Positions 39,430-54,200 are shown, counted from the first letter of the stretch. The stretch: DNA of 64,000 nucleotides from Paragordius varius (GCA_964247055.1 OZ176056.1:6510001-6574000), one strand, 5' to 3'. The notes: generated from the sequence alone by a model not told the origin. Translations and numbers: made by a program.

Positions 39430-39880
39430 TTCTTTCATGAAATGGTTATGTAGAACGTCCCATCTTGCCATATATCTCTGAATATATCGTCTTTTTGTTT
39501 AACCTCATTTCATATCAGCTAAAGTTTATTGTGTCTATCCATCCCGTGTCCTCTAACTATGTCTCCTATTTTATCATTTTAATGAAAATCTCTCTTTTCA
39601 ATGTAACCCAGCCTAGATTTTGTCATTCTTTCTGCTATCAGTTGGACATCAGTGTTTCCGAAAATATATTATCTATTTTTAACTTTGTCCTTTTTTGTTA
39701 CCCCAGGCCTTATGGATTTTTTTCAGAGCATCCTGGAATTTCTTATGCCATTTTTTCGAATATTTGTGTGTATTATTATACGGATTGTACTTTTATATTA
39801 AGATATTTATCATGCAAATGGCCATCGTATTTTAGAAGCCTTTGGGTATTAACGATTTGTTAACATTCAATTCGGCATGT
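39430..39880 (-). mobile_element. Degenerate 3' fragment of an RTE-like LINE ORF
   Basis: The minus-strand reading ..PGVTKKDKVKN..IFGNTDVQLIAERMTKSRLGYIEKRD....WIDTINF resembles the post-RT region of RTE-clade elements (GVTRLDRIRNEYIRG...RLRWFGHV...W.D.I). Confidence 0.55.
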
Positions 39881-40901
39881 CATTCAATTAATTTAAGTAT
39901 AAGCTATATTTAATGAAATCGATTTGATATAGTTTAAACATATATTAAATTAAATTATGAGTAGTGACCTAAGCTTTTTGGTACTATATTAAAATTGCTA
40001 AAAATTTTAATTTCTAAATACTTGTTTGTTTTCAACCTTTTGTTTATGTTTAGATGGTTATAGAAAAATTATGATAATTAGCTGTTTAGAATATTTTTCT
40101 TCTTATATATGGCATTACCCTTTAATTTTTATGGCTCCGCTCATTAACTAATTATTTAAAAATCAATCCAATAACGTACAAAAAGCCTTTATTAACACTA
40201 GGATGTATCTTTGTATAAAAATAATATTAAAATACTGTTTTAAAATTTATAACTATTTTGATTCAATGGAGGATAACAAATTTTAGCAATATCTGCTTAG
40301 ACTTTGGAATGTAGGCATTTTAAAAACATCCACATGTAAATTTATGTGGGACTAATATTATTTTTTACTTTTATGTCATCTGTTTGTCGTTTCTTGAGTT
40401 ATAATAATCTTTGATTTTATGTCCTAATCAAAACTCTGGTGATTGATTTGAAAATGCATCATATTTATAAAATACCTTAACCTTGAAATCATACGGACAA
40501 AATGTAAAATAAAAATTTTTTTTTAAAAGACCTTTATCAATTTACATATCTATTAACCATTTCACAACTTAAAAAACGATGATTTATAAATAAATCATAC
40601 AGGATTTTAAAAATATGCATGCTTTGTGTTTATACGTTTTGTCTGCATAAATTTTATTTTTACTGTTAATATCTTTTCCAAAATCCCTGTTGCACTGCTA
40701 GTAGTTTTAATAAATATATGTATATAATAATAGAAAAAATAATTAATGGCCTTTATTTTACTGCCAAACACGAGAAGGATATCAAATTTTTAATTAATAA
40801 AAAAATTAATTTTTAAGGTAATATATTTTAATGGAAAATTTGCAGCAAGGTAGCCAACTTAAAGGTAAAATTTTATGCATATGGCATCTCTCCATCACAT
40901 A

Positions 40902-42417
40902 GACTGATGTGAATTTAAGTCAGTAAGATAGTAAGACGGTAAGACAGAAAGATAGTAAGACGGTAAGACAGTAAGATAGTAAGACGGTAAGACAGTAAGA
41001 TAGTAAGACAGTAAGCATAAGACAGTAAGATATTTGTATAAAAAACATACATTCGTGATAAGTCTGCTAATAGGAGACTTATCAAAAATTCAAAGTATTA
41101 TAACTTGAAAAATATTGCATCTTTTTGAATTCTGTAAACTGGAGGATTGAAAGTCAGGTATCCTTTACAAATAATATATAGGGTTGAGTGAAAATGCGTA
41201 ATTCTTTCGACACGAAACTGAGTTTACTAAACACCTCCAAAAATTGTATAAATCTTAAAAAATATATAAAAAATCTTGGGTATTATAGAAGAAAATGGCA
41301 TCTATACCATTGTTTCTTATTTGGTAAATATTTTTTTTATATTTTTACAATTTTAACAATTTTTTTTAAAAAAATTGTACTTCATGGTTCTGACAACAAC
41401 AAAAATAAAGATAGCTAAATATTATTATAATAAATTTGAATTTTGTATTCTAAAATCAGCTTTTAACCCGATAATAACCGTTTTCCCCTAAAATTTTACA
41501 TGCAGAACGATATCAGATCCAGGGAAGTTTTGGTGGAATTACTTGAAAAGTAAATTATTAATAAATATATAGATTTCCGGGGGCTATTGAACGTCTACTT
41601 TTTGATTTTTTAGTCTGTAATCTAAACATCACAATATGTATTACTGTATATTATTATAAGTAGCGACTGAGGACGATTCGTTTGTTAACTGACTAAATAA
41701 TTATTATAAAAATATACTTATTGTCTGGAAAATATGGAAGGGATGATCTAAAAATTTTTAATTATTTATTAATAATTTACTTTTCAAGTAATTCCACCAA
41801 AACTTCCCTGGATCTGATATCGTTCTGCATGTAAAATTTTAGGGGAAAACGGTTATTATCGGGTTAAAAGCTGATTTTAGAATACAAAATTCAAATTTAT
41901 TATAATAATATTTAGCTATATTTATTTTTGTTGTTGTCAGAACCATGAAGTACAATTTTTTTAAAAAATGTTAAAACTGTAAAAATATAAAAAAAATATT
42001 TACCAAATAAGAAACAATGGTATAGATGCCATTTTCTTCTATAATACCCAAGATTTTTTATATATTTTTTAAGATTTATACAATTTTTGGAGGTGTTTAG
42101 TAAACTCAGTTTCGTGTCGAAAGAATTACGCATTTTCACTCAACCCTATATATTATTTGTAAAGGATACCTGACTTTCAATCCTCCAGTTTACAGAATTC
42201 AAAAAGATGCAATATTTTTCAAGTTATAATACTTTGAAATTTTGATAAGTCTCCTATTAGCAGACTTATCACGAATGTATGTTTTTTATACAAATATCTT
42301 ACTGTCTTATGCTTACTGTCTTACTATCTTACTGTCTTACCGTCTTACTATCTTACCGTCTTACTATCTTTCTGTCTTACCGTCTTACTATCTTACTGAC
42401 TTAAATTCACATCAGTC
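40902..42417. mobile_element. 1.5-kb fold-back element: near-identical inverted arms of about 660 bp around a spacer of about 195 bp
   Basis: Arms 40902-41567 and 41763-42417, termini GACTGATGTG / CACATCAGTC, ATA on both flanks, and a subterminal (GTAAGAC/T-A/G) 8-mer minisatellite that differs by one unit between arms. Confidence 0.85.
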
Positions 42418-43635
42418 ATAAAATATGCATCTATTCAATACTAAAAAACAAGGAAGGGGGCCTCTTTAAAATATTTTTTTATATCAAAGGGGATTTTTTA
42501 CATTTTAAACTTTACCTTTTAGTATAGTGAGTGGCATGGCATATTTTTAGGTATAAAAAAAATAAATAATTAATATATCGAAAAAAAGATTACATAATAA
42601 TGCATATTATTATGTTTTAGAGCGTGACCTAGGCATTAAATTTCATTTTAGGGTTTTTGTGCGCATCTGTTAAGCTTCTGAGCCATTTTTTACCTTTGGT
42701 TGCCTGTTTTTACAGGTAATAAAATTTATGCTTGGAAATATTTTTATAGGCAATCTTTTGTACACATATTTGATAATAATTAAATTTAGTGATTATATTT
42801 CAAAAAATATATATATATCCAAAAAATAAAATCTAACTCAAGGTTTATTTGTGTTTAATGAACGCACAATGGCCTATTATTTAATATGACTCATATCTCA
42901 AATATAAATATATATATATATATATATTACATAAAATATATCTTGTATTGCCATTTTTGCTACCTGTTAACATCAGTCTTAATATAAAGTTTCGACTAAA
43001 AAAAACTATATAATAAAAAAATTATTTTCAATATAAAATTATAGCTTGGGGTTAAATTTGTCAGGAAAAGAAAAAAAGTTTGGTGTTATATTTAAGTAAT
43101 TTTTATTGTCGTTTTTTTGTCGTTTTCTGAGAAAATTGTCTAAAAATAATGTAATTTTTAGGTTGGACAATTGTATGTTAAAAATTATTTGGTTTATGCT
43201 TACTGTAATATATATATATATATATATATATAGTATTTAAAACACACACCTCTTTAGATAATTTATTCTGAAAAAAATTCTAGAATTTATTACAATGAAA
43301 ACTGAAATAAATATTGGGTCTGCCATCGTAAATAAAGGTTTTTGAGGGGTTGACAATTTTTGACTTTCATATATATAAAAATGGACATTTCCTTTATAAT
43401 TTTATATATAATAATAGGTAACTAATTATATATGTATAAATTCCGATAATCTGTTAAAATGTGTTGTTATAAGGGGGGATTTAATACTATTTTATTTTAA
43501 AGCGAGAAAAAAGAAAGTTATCATTTTATAAAATTTATGTAAATTAGATTATAGAAATAAATTTAAAACAATATATAATACAATATGGTGAGGAATGGTA
43601 AGAGTTGAATGTTTAAACCACGCAAAAAAGTATTA

Positions 43636-43800
43636 CAGTAGCGTATGGCATAAAATATTGTTAGTCCATAAAAGAAAAAAAATAGTTTTTTAAAAAAGGC
43701 AAGCCTAGTTGATACACTAATCCATAAATCCCCTTGTTTTGTAAAAAAAACATTTTTTATTCTTTTATGGACTAATATTGTTTTATGCCATACGCTACTG
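43636..43800. mobile_element. 165-bp Tc1/mariner-type MITE
   Basis: ta|CAGTAGCGTATGGCATAAAA...TTTTATGCCATACGCTACTG|ta, with a TA TSD. Confidence 0.85.
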
Positions 43801-45712
43801 TATAAGTAGCCTCTATCTTTTTATTGTAAGAAAATTAACATAAATAATATCTCATTATTCTATTGTGTTATCTTCCATTTGTTCCTATTGTTTTATTATT
43901 AGCTAAACTTAAAAAACTTAAAATTTTTCCACATAGATAAAAATTCAATCCATATAGACCTGTTTTTTTTGCTTTAAAATTATGATTTTAAATTAATAAA
44001 ATTGGTAAATATTGATACTATACCCAATTTATAAAACAGTAAAAATAAAAATAATCACATATTTATTATATAATGTTTTAAAAATAAAATAAATAAATAT
44101 AGATTGATACATTTAGTATTGAGTATTCAGTATATTTTTATTTATAATAATAATGCTATCCATCCACGCTACACCTTTATACGTTTTTTTGCTATTTTTA
44201 TTTTTTTTATTTTATACTGTAATATCAAAAATTTGAAATATTTTTTTATGAGAGCGTGTTTGTTAAAATGTACCTTAAAATCAAAAATTTATAAATATAG
44301 TTATATACAATGTTTACTTTTTTTTAATTAAATAAATCAAATTCCAACTCTTCGTTCACTATCTCAAAACACAAGGTATTTTATATACAATTTGTATCAT
44401 TCCTTAGCCTCCTTACCAAAACCAAAGTATCAAATATGATCGGTATGATAAATATTTAAATTTGATTTTCATATTAATATATATATATATTATAAAACAT
44501 ATGCACATTATTTACTTGAATGATATTAGAAATATTTCAAATTTTTTAAATACTCTTTGCTGTTTATTATAAATACACGGTCGTGGCACATCAGGTTAAT
44601 AGATAAGTTTGGTGTCTTTATTTATATTAAATTTATTTTAAAAACTTTCAAACTTTGTTTAATCAATGATTTTTTTTTTGAAGTTGAGATTCCAGCCCAG
44701 GTTTGTTGGAATGGATTACGGGATAAGTAAACGGTTAAGGTATTTAAAATTATATTTATAAAAATAATTGTGTATAATTGTAAGGGCGCCAAGTCCAATT
44801 TTATCTTTTACTAAGGTTTTTTCCATAAATTCCTAAATAAATTTACATATTTCTGGTTTATCATTTTTAAACTTATATATATATATATATATATATAATT
44901 TTAATATATTACAAAATTAAATAGGAATTAAACTTTATTAGATTTGAAAATTATTTAATACACCAAATATGTTTGAATAAAGGCACAGCATTAATTCTTT
45001 GGTATATTATAAATATATAAATATTTTAAAGATTTAATTCCTGCCAAAATGATTTTGAATTAAACGGTTTTGACTGTATCAATCCAATTTTATTAATAAA
45101 AACCTTGACAAGTGGAATACAACACATCTAAATTATTTTATATTCCTTTGTAGAAGTTATTCTGATAAATATTTAATAACTTAGATCATTAATATAGACA
45201 TATTATGGCTGGTTGTTTTTAATCTTGTGGAATATAAAAAATCCGAAAAATGCATATTATATGCAAGAAAATATTTAAAATCTTAAGGATTAATCTTATA
45301 GCTAATTATATAGAATTGTCAATATGTTAGACTCCAAAAAACTTTAATTAATTAATTCAAATAACTATAATAAAATAAATTTAAAACCATTTTTTATAAA
45401 AGAATTTACACACGCTGTGAATTATTGAATTATAGATTTAGAAAATATCTTAGTTTTAAAATTCCATCTACATAAATATATATGTATTTGTATAATCCTT
45501 CCTCCTACGTTTACAATCAAAAATATTGATAATTTAATAACAATTTTAAGTAAAATTCTCCAATATATATATGTATAAATATATAATTTTACAGAATACT
45601 TGTAACCATATACTGAAATAATGTATTGAAATGGGGGTAAAACACCTTTAAATTAGCATCTTTTTTAGAGGAGTGGGGGGGGATCAATATTAATTATCGT
45701 ATTTTCCTATTA

Positions 45713-45753
<41 letters not shown>

Positions 45754-46177
45754 TAAAAAATTTCAATAAAATGAATGCACCTAATCCTAAAAATGATAGA
45801 AATCTTTTAAAAGATTTTATTTTATTTTATAATTAAAATTTATTTAAATCCACTGATAAATTTACACCAGGTGTAACAAAAAATGTAAGGATAATACAAA
45901 ATATTAAATTTGCCGTAATGGATTTGAGTGTGTGTAGAGTACAATATGTGTTTTATAAACTAATCCCTTCTATATAAAAATTATTTTCTTTACATTTTTG
46001 AAAAAAAATTAATCTAAAAATAATGTAAAAATGAGATACATTTGAACTTTTGTTTATGATGTTTGTAGTAAACTAATTATATTTTAAAAACAAAAGCTAG
46101 TTTTTATACTACACTTTCCACATACATAACGGTCAGTTTTTTTCAAAAAATTTTTTTTTGCGCTTTAAAATTATATA

Positions 46178-46427
46178 CAGTATAAATTGAAATTCAGCCA
46201 AAACGTAATAATATAAGGGCAATTTTTTTTCAAAAGACAACCGTACTTTTTTTAAACCTTTATTTACTTTATAAAAATCATTTATTTACAATCGTCAAAT
46301 ACATAATTGATTTTGTTACCAATTAATATATCTATTTCATAACATTCAACAAGCATGTTTTGTCTTTTGAAAAAAATATTTGTCTTTAAATTTTTGCGTT
46401 TTTATCCGTATAATTTCATTTTTACTG
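46178..46427. mobile_element. MITE family C
   Basis: ta|cagtataaattgaaatt ... ccgtataatttcatttttactg|ta, with a TA TSD. Confidence 0.75.
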
Positions 46428-47039
46428 TATGTTGAATACCTTCGATAACTAATAGTTTTATAACTAATAATTAGTATTTTAAAAAATTATTAAAACTGAA
46501 ATTTGTCAAAACCTAAATCAGTTATAGATAACTGTGGAAAACACGTTAACTGATTACATAAAATATAAGGCATATCCTTGCCATTAAATAATAGCGATCA
46601 GAAAAATGGCATTGAGTTGATTCAAAGAAATTGATTATACGATAAAATGTCAAAAATTAAATATAATTTTTCTACAATCATACATGGTGAAAACTGTTAT
46701 TGACTTAATATTGTGATCTAGGAGGTTTCTTACGAAAACGGTAAGGAAATTACCTGGGGTTCCAAAATATTTGACATTGTTTCCATATACAAATTTTTAT
46801 CGGCTCTGATATTTTCATTCAGCTATTTTTGTACGATATGCATTGGATTAAATATAGATAAATTATATCAAAGTTTAAAATTAATACCTTTCACCTTCTT
46901 ATTGCTAATTAGACTTATTTAACGATTTAATACTTAATCATGTAAGTCTTGTAGGGGTTTTTAGTCAATTATAAAGCCTAAATACTATACATGATTATCC
47001 TTATAATACATAAAAATATACAGTTTAGAGTCTCTTTTT

Positions 47040-47212
47040 TTCCTTTTTTTATTAAAGGGTAAGGACTTAAATTGTATCCGGACTTGTAAAGGCTTCAACA
47101 CTCTCCTGCCCAGGGCTGACAGTGATGATGGAATAATTGCGAAGTTTCGGGGTTTGAACTCTGGCACGCAGTGTAAGAGTCCGGCGTCCTACCTACTATA
47201 CCATCACGCCTC
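47040..47212 (-). mobile_element. tRNA-derived SINE (tRNA-Lys-like head)
   Basis: Minus strand: GGCGTGATGGTATAGTAGGTAGG (A box) ... GACTCTTA (CTT loop) ... GAGTTCAAACCC (B box), then a non-tRNA body and an A-rich tail. The cloverleaf stems do not pair. Confidence 0.7.
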
Positions 47213-48228
47213 TAATTTTTATGATACATATGTAAGAAAATAAATAGTTTTCGCGTTATTTATTGACAAGCTTTTTCAGACCTACATTGATAAATGTTAG
47301 GCTACTGGAAAAACAAATAAATTTTTTATTTTACCTCCTATTTATAATTTTATTAGTTAAACTGAATCATACAATATAAATTTCTGTTGTACAGTCTTTT
47401 AATTGAAATAACCGTGACTGAAAACTCTTTTAAAATCCCAAATGTAAAATGAACGTGTGATAATATCATACGTGTTCTTAATTATACAATTTTTTAAATT
47501 TATTATATATACCTAATATTTGGCATAATTATTGCTGTACTTTAAAATTTATTTTTTACTTTTCACATTTAAATAACTGTTGCAAATTGTCTGCGGTATA
47601 ATTTTTTGGTATATATTTAAATAGTGATTTTCATTTTAAGATTTATAAAATTCTTTGTGAGCATTTTCATGGAGGATTTGATATGACTTAAACTCTATTT
47701 GTAATTTATATAACAGGTTAGTTTAAAATGATCAATCATTTTTTTAAATTATGAACCATAAATTTATAAGGTAAATCCATAAAAAACTATTACTTACCGT
47801 CAAAAAGTATAAAGGCAAGCTTATTTTAGAATTTAAACCTATTCATCAATATTTTTAGGGGCAAATTCATCTTAATTATCCGAGTAAAAACTCCCAAAAA
47901 ACTAATAAAGTGTTAAGGGAGAGCGAAATGACGATCCGCAAAGAAGCGATGATTTCCTAAAATTCTAGGCGACCCTATAGCTAATCACTTACTGATTAGA
48001 TTCAAAATTTAAAGGGCATCTCCAAATTCATATTTTTTTGCGCGAAACTATATGTTTAAGTTTTTTCTTTATATTACTACCTTTATTCATATAATTTAGA
48101 TGGCTATCAGTTTGCTCACTTTGGACACAAATCTTATCCGATATAACTTGATGCTGCCTTATCAAAAAAATTCTACAATTGTATCACCACACTATTTATT
48201 TCACAAAAAACTCTACAGGAAGAAATAA

Positions 48229-51200
48229 ATGAATCCAACTATAAGTTGCAATATTAGGAATAATGGAAATCCCGTGTCCAATATAATGAATGGTTTGTCT
48301 TTGAACAGAGATTTCATAAATCAATCCAATGAAAGTTTGCCTGAAGATATTAACACCCTTACCAACAATAACAATAATGGTAACAATAGTTTATTACTAA
48401 GTAATGATGCCGAAGGTGTTTGGAGCCCAGATATTGAACAGAGCTTTCAAGAGGCATTGGCCATATACCCTCCTTGTGGGCGTAGAAAAATTATATTGTC
48501 AGATGAAGGCAAAATGTATGGTAAGTATTCTTTAAAATAAATTACAGTGATATATTAAATTTTAACTAATTGGGAATAATTAATAATGTGTCATAAAATT
48601 AAATCTGTCCCCCTGATATGTTTCAAAAAAAATTAGTACGTATCTAATATTAGTGATGCGTTTTCGATAAAATAACAACCATCACCCTGAACGATTATAA
48701 ATGCACGCATTCCCGGTCAGAATCAGTTATGAATTAAAAATGGAATGCTGTAATGTAAAACTGATCAAATTTCGATAGTATCAATCATTAACTATTATTA
48801 ATATTGAATTATCAACTTTCTATCATCAAATTTAATTTTCTGACATTACAAATTGTTTTGTATCACTTGGAATGATATAAAGCAGGGATGTCCAACACAA
48901 ATGGCTTCACAAACCGCATTTCTAACTCCAGAAACCGCCGGGCCGCATTCATAATCTATATATATATATATATATATGGGCGTTCATTTTATTAAATTTC
49001 AAACATAAAACTGTAAAATGCAAACACAATATAACAACTTTTACTAGTTATTGTCGAATTGGATAAACTTATTTAAAATAATATATGAATTTTTTTACCA
49101 TTTTATCAGAATATTTTTGCATATTATGATATTATAAATTTGCGGGCAGCATGTTGGACACCCCTGATATTTATATATTTTTGTGAATGATCACAGTCCT
49201 ATATCCTGTCAGAATCTACTATTAATTTATTACATAACGACACATAAAAAACAGATTTTGTACAATAACAAATCTGAATTGAAATCAAAAACATTGGGAA
49301 AAAAACGTTTTAACAGTGGTTCCAAATAATTATTTATCACCTTTTTTACAATTTTTGATGCAATAAACAATTATCAATATAGGTCGAAACGAGTTAATAG
49401 CCAGGTATATCAAATTAAGAACGGGGAAAACTCGAACCCGAAAACAGGTTTCAAGTCATATTCAAGTTTTGGCGCGTAAAAAATCGCGAGAACATCAATC
49501 AAACAACAATGGCCTATTACCCCTGAGCATTAATAAAGAGGTTGCTTTTCAAATATTTAACATTTGAAAACTTAAGTTTAATTTGCTCGCAAATACTTAT
49601 TCAAGCTTTTACTTTTGAAATTTGTGGAATTTAGTAATGTTAAATGCGTAATTTTACAAAATGTAAATTCTTACTAACCAGGTAAAATTTAAATCAGGGA
49701 TGTTCAACACACGGCCTTCTAAAATATACCATTTACAATTAAAATTCACTTTAAAAATAAATTATATGTTTTAGGGATAAAATAACCCATTATAATTTTT
49801 ACGACATAGTTTATTTTTTTTTAGCATTATATTAATATAAACAGAATTTATATTTTAAAAATATCAAATATAAGTAAATTTTAATCTTAAAAAAATAATT
49901 TATAGGGGGAATTTTTGAGAATGATATGAACTGATGATATATTTATGCAGCTCGTGATAATTCAAATACGTAAATTTCAAAATATAAATTTGAGTTCCCA
50001 AATTTTGGCCAGAAACTAGCAAAAATAAATATTAGTTTTTACAGTCTTTTGTTTAAAAGCTACAAATATTTATTTTGGCGAATACGGCATGTCAAATTTT
50101 TTAATGCAAAATGCGGCCTGCGAAGCCATTTGTATTGACGACCCCTGATTTAAATGATAACTAATAATATGCAAAAAAATTGAAACATTTTTTTTCATAT
50201 CGTCCGGAAAAATAACACAAACATTATTGATAAAAATGGTTTTTACAATTTTATTAGGGCCGTTATTCTTCACCAGTAGATAATCTATCATCTTTGCATA
50301 CAAGTGATTCCGATGATACATTAACGAACGGTCTTTCGACCACAACAAAATCCATATTGATTAAAACATCCTCCAGTTTACAATCAAATCCTCCCATTTA
50401 TGATTATTCAATCAAATCTTTAGAGAAACCGGAAATTACAAATGGCACGAATTTAACCCAATCAAATGATAAAGATAATTTTATTCAACATACTTCAAAT
50501 CATGTTAAAGTAAATGATTTGAGTGATATTCAACTGTCCGACCCTAATTTATCTCATACCTACAGTAATGGTAATAATATAATGGACCAACAAAGTAACC
50601 ACGGCGAAAAAAACGAAGTAAATTTTTTTTAATAGTTGTCAAATTCGAGAAATGTGGTTTTTCTTATAGAGAAAGTTATGAGTTAATAAAAATGTTTAAG
50701 GGTCACGTTGAATATATGGAAAAAACATATTTTTTATAAGAATTTCTCTATAAATCGGTATTTATAAATTAAGGCAAAACTTTGCAAATTTATAAATAAT
50801 AGGAAGAAAAAGGATAATGCTTGTGTTTTAAAATAAGCTTTGATATTTGATGAGGAAAACGTGTGGATTGCAAAAAATTTGAAATAAAGTCATATTTATA
50901 AAATTTTAAATGAGTTTATATAAACTAATTGAATTTGTGGTTAATTAATTAATTGATTAATTTATAATATTAACAATAACTTACATTTTATATTTCATGG
51001 ACCAAACGAGTCACTCATATGTTTTTCAAAAAGTAAATTACTTTATTTTACACACAGCGTTTTAACAAAAAATGTAATTTTAAAATAGTTCACACTTTTA
51101 AAGTTTCGTAACTAGGTTAAGAAATTTTTGGAAATTTATTTATTTTTTAAATGATATCCAATTTAAGCGCCTCACTATTTGAATATGGAAGCATGTTGAA

Positions 51201-54200
51201 ACACAGGCATTAGTTTATTATACAGTATAAACTTCTAAAGTTTGCTTTAAACAAATGACCCCCAAATTTTATAACTTTTTTTGTAAAATATTTAAATTTA
51301 AAAAATACTAAATTTAATCTTATTTTATATATATGCATTAATTTTTGTAATAGACTGGCTCTTTGCGTGAACAAACATATCAAATTAACGGGAATGGTCT
51401 TTATTCATCGCCAATGTAAATAATTTACATATTTTATATAAAATAAACTTTAATAAAACTGTAAAATGACTTTTATATTATATAGAAATAATCCAACAAC
51501 CTTTTCTGTGATGTCTTCTATCCCTTACCCACCAATGAATCCCCTTATGTGCCCTCCACCCCCAAACCCTAATAGCCCAAATTTGTCTTACGCGCTGGGA
51601 CCGGCATATACCCGACAATTATTCCATCAATATGGGCTTACCGGTTTACCGCTAAACTCAAATCCATTTAATTCCGTGGCTGCGGCAGTTATAAATCATC
51701 AAATAAATCAGTTTAATCAGGCAAACTTCATTCATACACTTTATAACAATGCTGGTGTAGGTATAAACTCCAACAACACCAATGTAAATCACGTAAGAAA
51801 CGGATTTGGCGGAATGGAAAGCTTGATAAATATGCCCAATCATGCCCATAACGATGCTTCAATTAATCCAAATTGTATACCGACCCTTTCAAACCAATAC
51901 CAAAATAATACCGATTTATCTGCACATCCACAAATCAGTTATGAATCAACCAATGTTAATTCGTTTCTCCCATATAATGTCAATACTTACAACAACAATG
52001 GAAATAATATTCCTCCATCCATGTATAGAGAAGGGGGAGGAGGGAATGTCCTTTCAACACCGCCAATAAATAATGTTAAAAGTGTCAGTTCAAATTTTAA
52101 GTCACCTCTGATTGGGAATCAAAATGGATTGTGTATGAGCATTGATACTAGTCTACCCATAGGCAATAATATGCAGTATCCTAATCAAAATAATCCCACT
52201 TGTCTTTCTAAATCCACAGTAGTAATATCAAGTGACACAAATAGTAATAATTTTAAAAAACGTAAAATTGATTGCATATCCCAAGAAGCGCTAGATAATG
52301 CATTGCCGACACTTTCACCAAACAAAGCGTTTAACTCATCATTACAAAATTTGGGCTTGGTGGAAAATACATCAGCCATGATATACTTGGAGTCTCCAAA
52401 AATCCGATTACTATCCTTTTCATGTTATGTGGAACATATGATAACAGATCCGTCCGCCCTTTTGCTCTCCAATAGAACAAAAGATGATTTGGGTATTTTA
52501 CTATACGGTTATTTTATTATGTTGGCATGAATAAAACTTTCCAACAGAGTTCCGTGCATTTTTTAATGTCTTTATAAGATCATTTTTGCTATATTTATAT
52601 TTAGTTAAAGTATCAAATACAGTATACATCCATATTATTGGTTAAAAAGAGACAAAATATTATTTGTATTGGTCAAACCACGTCCCCAAAAGGCTTTTAC
52701 ATGGCTTTAAATCAATTATTTTAGTTATTGCATAGTTATTTGAGTAAAAAATCTGCATATGTGTCAAACAGCGATTTTCCTCGATATTATATAGTGCACT
52801 ACCCTTGAGACAAGCAAAATATTATTAAGGCCTTTAATTTTTTGGTGAGCACCATTGTTATGATTCATGAACAAAAACCAATAATACAAACCGTTAGTTT
52901 ATAATGATCTACCATAAAGATAGGTATGTGACCGATATTGTAGCTGTTTTTTGTCCTATTTATATTGATAAAGTACTGTTTGAGGAACTTGAATAAAAAA
53001 AACCAATAAAAAGTATTAACAATATATAACAATTAGCCAAAGGGTTGATCATATGCAAGGAGCTGAAACTTAATAATACATTGCTTTTTTTGATATTATT
53101 GACAGGTGGCGTTTAAAAGTAGTAAAGAAAAATCTTTTATGAATTTAAGTTGGTGCCAAAATATACTCACTTTTTCTTTCACAAAACGGGCAGAATTAAA
53201 TAATCAACTGGCAATGGTTTTTTACTCATACTATATATATGAACATCTAGATTCGGAAACTAACACTAATCATGCTCATATGCAAAATGGAAACGCGCAT
53301 CACAATATATTCCAAAATAAAGATACAGATATTAGCAGTAATCAGATTCAAAAAAGCATTCCACTTGATAAAAAAGACGATGGCTCCTTATGTGTCAACC
53401 AACAAACTATCCCTTCTTACGAATCAGAATTGACTAACAACAATATTAAAACAAATAAATCAGTTTCTCCTACGGATGAAAAATCTTTAGCTGATTTACA
53501 ACACTGTACCAAGTACCTCAACATAAATGGCAAGAAAAAAATTAATAAAATATCTCAAGTACTAAATAATTATAATATATATTTGTTTCTAATAATGAAA
53601 TATAATTTTTATACAAAAATTTTTGTGTTTTTTATTATAGAATCATGTGTTGTTACGAAGGCATTTGTTCGTATACATTGATGGTGCTATAAGTTATGAG
53701 GATACACCTTTAGAGGTACTTACACATTATGTGCATCAGACAAATAATTTAGGAATATATATATATATATTGTATAAAATTATTGCAAATGATTGCGACA
53801 AAATTTGCTATATTTTTGGGAATTAACAGGAGTATTAAAAACATTAAAAAATGAAACAAGAAGTTCGCATATTACCTTGTATTATGATATAATCGATATA
53901 ATTTTTTAAAATTTTTTTAAAAAATATTAATACCAAAAATATTTTTGACTCTAAAAAAACCTTTAACAATCTTAATATTTCAAATCCGGTCCCTCCGGTA
54001 TTTAATTCTATATTTTAAAACTAACTATTGATAATCACTTGTAATCATAACCACTCTATGAAATTATTTTTAAAAATGTTGTTTGGTTGAAAAATCGATA
54101 TGAAGTTAGCGTAATTAAGGATTGTCAAATATTAAAAAATTATAACATATATGTTAAATTATAATTAGAATAGTTTATATTATTTTACAATTGTAACTGG

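Noticed and set aside
41188-42139. Pair of near-identical 75-76 aa ORFs on opposite strands
   Set aside because: They are mirror images produced by the palindrome arms, with AT-biased composition and no protein motif.
47140-47212. Functional tRNA-Lys gene
   Set aside because: Acceptor and anticodon stems do not pair, and it continues into a SINE-like body and A-rich tail.
53106-53250. Start of TEAD exon 6 at the acceptor 53105
   Set aside because: In the required phase 1 it gives GGT GGC GTT TAA (stop). The acceptor at 53250 keeps the frame.
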